Shown here: positions 39,503-50,612 of the stretch, piece after piece
How the letters are laid out: each line of letters opens with the position of its first letter
Position numbering within the stretch: the first letter of the stretch is position 1
Source: Octopus sinensis
Taxonomy: Eukaryota
Reading direction: 5' to 3'
Assembly: GCF_006345805.1 (NCBI RefSeq)
Contig: NW_021832275.1
Span: forward strand, 8,556 to 72,555
DNA length: 64,000 nucleotides
Made by a program: the position numbers and the translations under genes
Notes under the pieces: generated by a model
What the model was told of the DNA's origin: nothing
Database searches by the model: none
Seen by the model: only the letters and a program-made list of their open reading frames with translations

Positions 39503-39593
39503 ATTTCTTCCTGAAGAGAAAGACACAATATGGTCTCATTATTCAATCGGATTTTGGTAAATTGTGCCTTTCGAAACACGTGTAGAATGAAAT
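39503..39593 (+). ncRNA. Canonical type I HHR with 55-nt stem II
   Basis: ATTTCTTC-CTGAAGA-GAAAG-A-CACAAT...ATTGTG-C-CTTTC-GAAAC-ACGT-GTA^GAA(T)GAAAT. Confidence 0.82.
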
Positions 39594-39650
39594 AAAACGA
39601 TTTCTGTTCAATCTTCGTTCAGCTCCATTTCTTCAATTCACCTATATATA

Positions 39651-39697
<47 letters not shown>

Positions 39698-39789
39698 TAT
39701 ATATATATTATATATATTTTTATATATATATATATATTATATATATATATATTTATATATATATATATATATAATTATATATATATTTT

Positions 39790-39820
<31 letters not shown>

Positions 39821-39981
39821 TTTTATATATATATATATATTTATATATATATTTTTATATATTATATATATATTTATATATATATTATATATATATATAT
39901 AATAATAAATATTAGGGAATAAATCCAAATTTACAGGGAAAAAATCAGATTTAGGATTAAATCGATTTTATAGTAAAATAT

Positions 39982-40145
39982 TATAAAATATTATTAGAGA
40001 CAAAACCACTATTTTGCAAAACAAACAAGGAAAGACTTAATCAATACATAAAATTTTAATAAATTTATTAAAATTTTATGTATTGATTAAGTCTTTCCTT
40101 GTTTGTTTTGCAAAATAGTGGTTTTGTCTCTAATAATATTTTATA
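39982..40145. repeat. Perfect 164-bp palindrome (82-bp arms, no spacer)
   Basis: centre TAATAAA|TTTATTA at 40063/40064; arms checked by eye. Confidence 0.9.
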
Positions 40146-40164
40146 TATATATATATATATATAT

Positions 40165-41049
40165 AGGTGGAAGTGATATATCTCGACTTTGCAAAGGCCT
40201 TTGATAAAGTCGAACATGGAATGATATGTCAGAAACTGCGTGATCTCAACACAGTTGGAAAACTGGGAGAATGGCTTCATGACTTTCTGAAAGATAGAAG
40301 TCAGGTGGTTGTAGCCAATGGGGCCGCAAATAGTGAGCGGTGTTCCGCAGGGCACTGTTTTCGAACCACTACTGTTCATAATGGCCCTCTCAGACATGCC
40401 CTCAGCCACGCAGAGAGCCACGATGACAAGTTATGCAGATGATACAAAAGTTTCACAGGCAATACAGAACCCTGAGGACACTAAACGCCTGCAATGTGAG
40501 CTGGACAAAATATACAAGTGGGCTGAAAAGAATAGCATGCAGTTCAATGCTGAAAAGTTTCAAGCTTTATACTATCAGCATGCAAAACTAAATGCAATAC
40601 CCAATGAATACACTGGACCCGGAGGAATAGCAATCCCAGAGGCACAATCAGTGCCTGACCTGGGTATTCACATGAGTGATGACGCAACCTTTCGTGTACA
40701 TGTTGCTAAATTGGCAATGAAATGTAGACGACTGGCCGGATGGATTCTCAGAACCTTTAGAACAAGAGAACAAGAAACCATGATGGTCCTCTGGAGGACA
40801 CTTGTCCTAAGCCACTTTGACTATTGCTCTTAGTTATGGTCACCATCCAGTGTCAAATTGATCACAGAACTTGAGGCGATCCAACGTAGCTACACGAAGA
40901 AGATAGCCTCTATGCAGAATATAAGCTACTGGGAAAGACTCAAGAGGTTAAAACTATATTCCTTGGAACGTAGGCGGGAAAGATATGCCATAATATACAT
41001 CTGGAAGATCCTGGAGGGACTTGTCCCAAACTTTGGCATCGAGAGTTAC

Positions 41050-41052
<3 letters not shown>
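40165..41052 (+). mobile_element. CR1-group LINE RT fragment bounded by (TA)n at both ends
   Basis: VIYLDFAKAFDKV, GVPQG, YADD, LYSLERRRERY. Confidence 0.85.
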
Positions 41053-41113
<61 letters not shown>

Positions 41114-41179
41114 TTATATATTTATATATATTTAATATATATATATAATAATATTTTATATATTTATATATTTATATAT

Positions 41180-41217
<38 letters not shown>

Positions 41218-41229
41218 TAATATATTTAT

Positions 41230-41695
41230 ATATGTATATCTATAGAAATACATCTATACATATAAATGTATATATATATATATGCATCTATACATATAAA
41301 TGTATATATATATATGCATCTATACATATAAATGTGTATATATATATATGCATCTATACATATAAATGTATATATATATATATGCATCTATACATATAAA
41401 TGTATATATATATATGCATCTATACATATAAATGTATATATATATATATGCATCTATACATATAAATGTATATATATATATATGCATCTATACATATAAA
41501 TGTATATATATATATATGCATCTATACATATAAATGTATATATATATATGCATCTATACATATACATGTATATATATATATGCATCTATACATATACATG
41601 TATATATATATATTGCATCTATACATATACATGTATATATATATATATGCATCCATATATATACATGTATATATAATATATATGCATCCATATAT

Positions 41696-41734
<39 letters not shown>

Positions 41735-41779
41735 TCCATATATATACATGTATATATATATATATATGCATCCATATAT

Positions 41780-41829
<50 letters not shown>

Positions 41830-41960
41830 TATATGCATCCATATATATACATGTGTGTGTATAAATTTATATATATATATATATATTTATATATGTATAT
41901 CTATAGAAACACATCTATACATAGACATGTATATATATATATATATATATGCATCCATAT

Positions 41961-42011
<51 letters not shown>

Positions 42012-42113
42012 TCCATATATATACATGTGTATATATATATATATATTATATATATGCATCCATATATATATACATGTGTATATATATATATATATATGCA
42101 TCCATATATATAC

Positions 42114-42158
<45 letters not shown>

Positions 42159-42245
42159 TCCATATATATACATGTGTGTATATATATATATATATGCATC
42201 CATATATATATGCATCCATATATATACATGTGTGTATATATATAT
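41230..42245. repeat. ~28-35-bp minisatellite built on (TA)n (GCATCTATACATATAAAT.. drifting to GCATCCATATATATACAT..)
   Basis: direct reading. Confidence 0.85.
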
Positions 42246-42249
42246 ATAT

Positions 42250-42775
42250 ATTTATTTATTTTATAGAAGGAGCTTCTACAGGACTAGAACTGTTTCATTC
42301 AAAAGAAATCATCAGGAAGCTAGTAGACAAGAGTTGTTTTGGCATTTATACATTTAGGCAGGTTTAAATGGGTGGTGGTGGGGGACTTTTTTGGGGGGTA
42401 GGCATGGCGCAAAGCTGTCATTATAAGGGGAGTGGTCAAAGGAATCATTGGTAAAGTAGATAATAGAATAAATAAAAGAATAAAAAAATAAAATAAAAAG
42501 ATAAAAAAATATAAATAGAAAAATAGGGTTTTAGGTAAGTAGGGAGACTCTCACTTGTACATCTACATATATATATATACACATGTATATACCCGCATAT
42601 TCACATATATCTATACATATACATACTTACCCACATATACATACATATATATATATATATACATACATACACATACATATACATATATACATACATATAC
42701 ATACATACATACACATACCCATGTACGTACACACAGATACACATATACATACATATACATATATGTATACCCACT

Positions 42776-42808
<33 letters not shown>

Positions 42809-42840
42809 CATCTATATACATATATATACACATGTAAATT
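42250..42840 (-). mobile_element. Family A HHR-bearing repeat, diverged copy C
   Basis: reverse complement of the ~105-390 body plus CA-rich leader. Confidence 0.7.
42271..42321 (-). ncRNA. Type I HHR (family A) with CUGAUGA core
   Basis: AGCTTC-CTGATGA-TTTCTTTTGAAT-GAAACAG-TTCTAGTC-CTGTA^GAAGCT. Confidence 0.75.
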
Positions 42841-43485
42841 TAAATTTTAAATAATAATGATGGTGAAAAATTGAATATTAATTTGATTAATATGAATTTA
42901 AAACCAGTGGTATAGCATATAAGACCATAGCGGATCTCTTCTAGCTTAATGTATAATGGATGTCCAGTTACATTTCATCCCTGTTATATAATAGTTTCAG
43001 TATTAAAGTGAAAGTATCTGACATTACAATAGAGAGATGTTTTGTTTCACTTTTCACACGTAATACTGAAATAGTGGAGAAGATATGATATTGCTGTGGG
43101 CTCACACTAGGCAAAAAGTCAAAGTAAGGACCCTAAGTAAGGCATGTGTAAAATTTGAATGAAATTGGTTGTGTAGTTCTCAAGTTTGAGGGATTCACAC
43201 AGACAGACAGACATTTTCAGTTCTATATATATATATATATATATAGATAAGGATAATCAGATCTGACTTGGGAAAAAGAAGATTGCACTGGTATGTGGTG
43301 TGTGGATGAAGACAGCTATATAAAGAAGTGACAGTAGCTAAATCTAGCTGGAGCTTGTGGAAGGGGGAGATTCAGGAAGACATGAGACAAATTTGTGAGA
43401 GCTGATCTTAGGACCCTGAGATATATATATATATCTATATGTGTGTGTGTGTGGTGGGGTGAAGTGTGCGCATATATATATATAT

Positions 43486-44190
43486 CATCATCATCATCGT
43501 TTAACGTCCGCTTTCCATGCTAGCATGGGTTGGATGAATGACTGAAGGCTGGTGAACCAGATGGCTGCACCAGGTTTCAATCTTGATCTGGCAGAGTTTC
43601 TACAGCTGGATGCCATTCCTAACACCAACCACTCCAAGAGTGTAGGGGCTGCTTTTACGTGCCACCCGCATGGGCCAGTCAGGCGGTACTGGCAACAACC
43701 TCGCTTGAATCTTTTACACATGCCACCGGCACAGATGCAGGTAGGCGATGCTGGTAACGATCATGCTCGAATGGTGTTTTTTATGTGCCACTGGCACGGA
43801 GGCCAGATAAACGCTCTGGCAACGATCATGCTCAGATGGTGCTCTTAGTACCCTGCTAGCACGGGGCTCAAGTGCCAGTAAGACGATGCTGGTAATGATC
43901 ACTCTCGAATGGTGCCTTTCAAGTGCCACTGGCATGGAAGCCGGTTACCCACTCTCTCAATGATCACACTCGTATGGTGCTCTTTGCACCCCGCTAGCAT
44001 GGACGCCAGTCATCGAATTTGATTTTGATTTTCATTTTTGATTTCACTTGCCTCAACAGGTCTTTGCAAGCAGAGTTTTAGTGTCCAAAGAAGGAAAAGG
44101 TACACATAAGTGGGCTGGTAATGCCCCTGGCATAGGCCACGAGATTATGGTCTCATTTGGCTTGCCGGGTCTTCTCACGCACGGCATATT
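43486..44190 (-). mobile_element. RTE 3' UTR/tail fragment
   Basis: (CAT)n-CGTTTAACGTCCGCTTTCCATGCTAGC; inverse homologue of 45880-46630. Confidence 0.8.
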
Positions 44191-44424
44191 TCCATATATA
44201 TATATATATATATATAATTCATCCATACCTGAAAATAAATTATATCCATTAACAGTTATTTTTAATACTTTTCTCATTGTATTGTGTATTTGTTTCTTTT
44301 TTGCATCTGTTATTTTATTTTTGATCTTCTATATAAATGAGATATCCTTTAATTTTCTGCTTTTGTTTACATGAAATGAGAAGATACATTGCAGAACTGT
44401 TATTTTAACAAGTTATATCTATTT

Positions 44425-44530
44425 ATTACCTGAAGAGATACATCTGCACTATCAGATGCTCCTGAACCAGTTATTAAGAGTCTCACCTGTGAGGGATTGA
44501 TGCTAGATGTGTTGAAACAATTGTAGTGAT
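44425..44530 (+). ncRNA. Type I HHR with 77-nt stem II
   Basis: ATTAC-CTGAAGA-GATACATCT...AGATGTGTT-GAAAC-AATT-GTA^GTGAT; G.U at the base of stem II. Confidence 0.72.
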
Positions 44531-44571
44531 TAATAAAACTTCTTGTATCTTCCATCTTCTGTCTTTCATAT

Positions 44572-46630
44572 CAGGTAATGAAGCTTACGGAGGGGGTCAT
44601 AGCCCAACTGGATCAAGTAATGAAGGTTGCGGAGAGGGTCATAGCCCAACTGATTAGGGAGTGAGTCGGCTTGGATGAGATGCAGTTTGGTTTCGTGCCA
44701 GAGAAAAGCACCACCGATGCCATATTTCTGGGAAGACAGCTGCAGGAGAAATACCTAGCCAAAGATAAGCCCCTGTACCTGGCTTTCATTGACGTGGAGA
44801 AAGCTTTTGACAGGGTCACTGCTAGTAAAGTGAGGGTTGGCAACGAGTACACTGAAGAATTCAGGATAGACGTAGGGGTCCACCAAGGTTCAGTCCTCAG
44901 CCCCCTCCTATTTATCATAGTCCTCCAGGCAATAACGGAGGAATTCAAGACAGGAAGCCCCTGGGAGCTCCTATAAGCTGATGACCTTGCTCTAATTGCT
45001 GAGTCACTATCAGAACTAGAGGCAAAGTTTCAAGTGTGGAGACAAGGATTAGAATCGTAGGGCCTTAGAATCAACCTAGCTAAAACCAAAGTCCTAATAT
45101 GTAGGAAGGCAGGCAAACCACAAATCCCTTCAGGTAGATGGCCCTGCTCAATCTGTAGTAGAGGTGTAGGTAGAAACTCTATAAGATGTACCCAGTGTAA
45201 GCTATGGACACATAAGATGTGCAGTAATATCAAAGGGAGGCTAACTGGGAAGATAGTTTTTGTATGTGGCAGATGCTCGAGAGCAATAAACACCGAAAAT
45301 GCACTGAGACCAGCTTCCGCCTCATTCCAGGGAGAAAAACTAGAAGTAGTTGATAGCTTCCGTTACCTAGGGGACCAAATGAGTAGCAGACGAGGGTGCA
45401 CTGAAAGTGTAGCTGCTAGAATAAGAATAGCTTGGGCAAAGTTCAGAGAGCTCTTACCTCTGTTGGCGACAAAGGGCCTCTTGCTCAGAGTAAAAGGTAG
45501 ACTGTATGATGCTTGTGTACGAACAGCCATGCTACATGGCAGTGAAACATGGGCTGTGACTGCTGAGGACATGCGTAAGCTCGCAAGGAATGAAGCCAGT
45601 ATGATCCGATGGAAGTGTAATGTCAGTGTGCATACTCAACTGAGTGTAAGTACCTTGAGAGAAAAGTTGGACCTAAGAAGCATCTGATGTGATGTGCAAG
45701 AGAAACGACTGCCCTGGTATGGTCATGTGGTGAGAATGGATGAGGACAGCTGTGTGAAAAAGTGCCACACCCTAGCGGTTGAGGGAACCTGTGGAAGCAG
45801 CAGACCCAGGAAGACCTGGGATAAAGTGGTGAAGCATGACCTTTGAACTTTAGGACTCACCAAGGAAATGACTAGTGACCAAGACCATTGGAAATATGCC
45901 ATGCATGAGAAGACCTGGCAAGCCAAATGAAACCATAATCTCATGGCCTATGCCAGGGGCGTAACCAGCCCACTTGTACGTAACCTTTTCCTTCTTTGGT
46001 CACTAAAACTCTACTTGCGAATACCTGCTGAGGCAAGTGAAATCAAATCAAATCAATCAAAAGCAAAATTAAAATCAAATTCGATGACTGACGTCCATGC
46101 TGGCAGGGTGCAAAGAGCACCATATGAGCATGATCATTGACAGAGCGGCTAACCGGCTTCAGTGCCAGTGGCATTTAAAGGGCACCATTCGAGCATGATC
46201 ATTACCAGCATCGCCTTACTGGCACTTGTGCCCGTGCTAGTAGGGTGCCAAGAGCACCATCCCAGTGTGATCATTGCCAGAGCAGCCAACTGGCTTCTGT
46301 GCCAGTGGCACATAAAAGGGCACCATTCAAGCGAGATCGTTACCAAAGTTGCCTTAATGGCACCTGTGCTGGTGGCATGTGTAAAAGGATTCGAGTGAGG
46401 TCATTGCCAGTAACACCTGACTGGCCCCCGTACCGGTGGCACGTAAAATGTACCCACTACACTCTCGGAGTGGTTGGCATTAGGAAGGGCATCCAGCTGT
46501 AGAAACTCTGCCAAATCAAGATTGGAGACTGGTGCAACCATCTGGTTTGCCAGCCCTCAGTCAAAATCGTCCAACCCATGCTAGCATGAAAAGCGGACGT
46601 TAAACGATGATGATGATGAGGAGGAGGATG
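44572..46630 (+). mobile_element. 5'-truncated degenerate RTE LINE with (ATG)n tail
   Basis: ORFs 44671-44976 and 45217-45687 match the RTE at 15194-16600. Confidence 0.88.
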
Positions 46631-46949
46631 ATGATATATGATATGTGTGTGTGCATGTGTGTATATATATAATATCAACCCATGCTAGCATAGAAAACGG
46701 ACGCTAAACGATGATGATGATGATGATGATGATGTGTGTGTGTTTATGTATATAACATAAATAAAAGATATACATATTTACAGATATTTTGTTGAATGGC
46801 CGTTGACTGCTCATGAATTCCTCAGCCCTCCTCACCAAGCAAGCCTGGTGGGGTTGCCAGTTTAGTCGCCGATGACCTGACCATGCAACAGGTTGTACTG
46901 AATTACATGTTACCAGTAGCACTTGAGAGCAACCTGACATAAATATAAA

Positions 46950-49915
46950 CATCCTTTGAATTTTGGCTGTTGGAATGTGGGCACACTTCTTGATGATAAT
47001 TTCAACAAGAGGCAGAAAGGCATACTGAACTTATTGCATGTGAGCTTAAAAAATATTCCCTTGATATAGTTGCACTCTCTGGTGAGGGTCATGTAAACGA
47101 ACCTACTTATGGATATATTATCTTTTGGAGAGGCCTACCTAAATGTCAGTGTAGAGGATCTGGTGTTGGGTTTGCTCTCAAGTATTCATTAGTATCCTCC
47201 ATTGCAGAGTTTCCAAGTGGTATATCTGAATGAACCATGTCATGCTGTATTAAACTGACAAAAGGTAGGTTCCTTACCATTGTCAGTATTTATGCACCAA
47301 CAATATCCCATTCTGATGAAACTGTAAGACAGTTTTATGATGATCTAGCACAATTATTGAGAAAAATACCAATTTCTGACAAGTTGGTCATACTGGGAGA
47401 TTTCAAGGCAAGAGTTAGAAAGCTCTTTTGACCTTTTGTACTGAGAATAATCTGGTTGTTGTCAACACTCTGTTTAAACAGAAAAATAAATATAAAACCA
47501 CCTGGATGCACCCAAGATCTAAGCACTGACATCTCATAGATAATATTTTGATCAGAAAACATGATATGAAAGATGTTTGTAGTATTTAGGAGAGGAGCAG
47601 AGAGCTGGACTGACCACTGTCTAGTGCATGGAAAAATTAATTTTTCATTAATGCCTAAAAATCGATCGTCTGGTCCTAACATACCCAAAAAGTTAAATGT
47701 TGCAAACTTTAAATTATCAAGCAACTTGCAAAGATTCCACGATGCTATAGAAAGTATCGATCTTAACCCAAGCAATCTATGGGAAGACTTCAAAACAAAA
47801 GTATTTCAGGCTGCAAGTTCATCAGTGGGATTTAAATCACGTAAGTCCAGTGACTGGTTCTCAGATAGATCAGCAGAAATTCATGATCTACTTTTAGAAA
47901 AACAAAACTTAGGCAATACACTTCTTTCTCAGTCCTTGAACCCCAACTCAAACAAAGCTTACAGTAAGCTGAAAGCTAAGGAAGATTAAACAGGAAAGGG
48001 GGAATGATAGATCAAATGAGACACAAGAAGCAGCTGATAGAAATAATGACAAGGGTTTGTACTCTTATGTTAAGGAGTTGTATGGCCCAAAATTTTCTTC
48101 AGTAGCTCCAGCGAGAACAGCAGATGGACGTTTGCTTCAGACTGACACTACTTCTATTCATAAGTGGGTAGAACATTTTTCTGCACTTTTAAATGGATCA
48201 TCATCCGCTGACATGAGGATGATAGAAAAAGTCAAACACCTTCCAGCTATAGAAGAGATGGCATTTGAACCAACTCTAAATGACATTTATTTAGCTGTGA
48301 ATAAGCTGAATAACAATAAGTCTCGAGGGTCTGATGGAATCTATGCAGAAGTCTTGAAATATGGGGGTGACAAAATGTTTGAATTCTTAAATATATTAAT
48401 TTGTCACTGTTGGAGAAATGAGAAAGTGCCTCAAGACTGGATCAATGCCATTTTAGTCTTCTTGTATAAATCAAGGCCAAAGAATCTGTGTGGTAATTTT
48501 TGTGAGACTTCGCTTTTGTCCGTGGTTGGAAGGTACTTGCCCGCATTCTGTTAGAACATTTAAATACCTTCATAGTTCCAAATATAGTGTCTGAGTCTAA
48601 GTGTGGTTTTCGTTCCTCCAGGGCCACAGCTGATTTTATCTTTACTATCAGACAATTTCAAGAAAAGTGCATTGAACAGAATTTTGCTCTATACCATTAC
48701 TTTGTTGATTTGAGCAAAGCATTCAATACTGTTAATCAAAATGCTCTGTGGCTAATTCTAAGGAAAATAGGTTGCCCAGAAAAATTTGTAAATATGATCA
48801 AGATATGAAAGCTAGAGTTAATTTTGGTGGGAGGCTCTCTGGTGGTTGGCTCTCTGAATCTCTCAAGTTACTTGATGTTGTTGATTCGTTCATCTACCTT
48901 TGAAGCTCTGTACAAAATGATGGAAATCTTGATACAGAAATACATCTGTGAATTGAAAGGGCAGCAAAAGCATTTGGTGGCTTGGAGTCATGCGTTTGGC
49001 TCCAGCAACATATAAATAACAATTCAAAGTTGGCTCTTTACAAATCATTTATCTTACCATCCTTGTTGTATTCTTGTGAAGCATGGACATGTTATGAAAG
49101 GCATTTTAAATTGTTAGAACAATTCCACCAAAATTGCCTTCATCACATTCTAATCATTAACTGGATTTCTTTTACTCCAAACAGATATCCTTGCATTTGC
49201 AGGTATCACCTCAGTTAAAGCTCTGATTTTGAGAAACTAAATGAGATGGTTTGGCCATATTGTTTGAATGGCAGATGAATGCATGCCCAAATAGCTGTTT
49301 TATGGTGAGCTTGCAGAGGGGAAATGCTATTGGCATAAACCTAAAAAAAGGTTCAAGGATGGCACAAGGACTACTATGATGTCACTTGGAATGGATCCAG
49401 AGGACAGAGAAACCCTTGCTTTGGATCAAGCTGGATGGTGAACAAAAGTGTGGAGTGGAGTGAAAGTGTTTGAAGAGGCCAGGATAATGCATGCAAGACT
49501 CAAAAGAGATTTAAGGAAGAATTTTATGATCAAGAAGGTGAATGACAATGATCTTTTTGTGTGCACAGTTTGTGACAGACCATGCTTTTCTTTTGCTGGG
49601 CTCAAATCTCATTTGCAAACCCATGAAAAACGAACCTCCACCAACTATTCTGCCTATATGTCTGTGCACACCTTTGAATGCAATGTATGCCAGCAGGTTT
49701 GCAATCAAACAGAGGCCTCAAAAGACATTTTAAGATCCACAAAGATCAGAAGTTATCTGCAGCTCTTGGTGGTCCAAATTGGATATGCAATCTATGCAGG
49801 TGTCTTTTCAGAACATTGTCTGGTTTAAAAAGCCACATCAGATGCCATGATGGTTCTAAGGTGTAGGTACAGGAGGTGGTCAAACTCTGCATAAGGAGTA
49901 GAAAACCACCACCTA
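46950..49915 (+). mobile_element. Degenerate second RTE-type (BovB-like) LINE: APE, RT and three C-terminal C2H2 fingers
   Basis: WNVGTL, GVGFAL, IYAPT, ILGDF, GSDGIYAE, QCGF-like SKCGFR, DLSKAF; CxxC...HxxxH three times at 49550-49855. Confidence 0.75.
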
Positions 49916-49955
49916 TGTGTGTGTGTGTGTGTGTTTGTGTACATATGTATATATG

Positions 49956-50018
<63 letters not shown>

Positions 50019-50392
50019 TGCATACATATATATGTATTCAAACGGCGGTGCATCAGCATGGCCGCAGCTCTGAGCTGAAAAAAAAAAAAAAAAAAATGTA
50101 TGTATGTATGTTTGTATGTACAAGGATGATTTAGCGAATGGCTAATGTGTTTATATTAATTTTTTATATGTACAATGCATATATGTATTTCAAATTTTTA
50201 AATATGCATTTGTGTTTGGTGGAAGCTTATCTTAAGAAGGAAATGGTAAATAAGTGAATATGTATGTTTATTAGCATACCACTTGTCACTTTCCAAATCA
50301 TTGATTAATGTATGATACCAGATGATACAAAAGCATGTTTATCTTTCTATTTGTTGTTATATTTAATTTCATCTTTTTTGTATTTAATTCAG

Positions 50393-50612
50393 TGTTCATC
50401 CTGTAAAAATAGTTATCTTGGCGAACCAACGGATGGTCACCAGTGCTACAGCCAGATGGATGTAGATTCCGACTACTGTTTTGACCCTGATGACCGCAAT
50501 GCTTGTGGCAGCAACTACAAGCCATTGTTAAAAGGCCGGACTCTTTTTTATGCTGTCCAGCCTAAATATCTCAATGTTAACATCCGTATCACTATTGATG
50601 TTACCCAAGGCG
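50393..50612 (+). CDS. MEGF8: MEGF8 (multiple EGF-like domains 8) penultimate coding exon
   Basis: ttcag|TGT...GGC G|gtaagt; CSSCKNSYLGEPTDGHQCY...GRTLFYAVQPKYLNVNIRITIDVTQG resembles the recalled human GRTVLFGVQPKFTNVDIRLTLDVTFG. Confidence 0.9.

Larger units (their letters stand above)
37875..39640 (+). mobile_element. 5'-truncated Penelope-like element (thumb/linker, GIY-YIG, 3' pLTR with HHR)
   Basis: WFVIPF...KVRIAFSNTKNLAQIIASHN; AVYQCKV...YVGASS.RL..RISNH...LSKLIW.LK...WSIL...CNLC; HHR at 39503. Confidence 0.85.
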
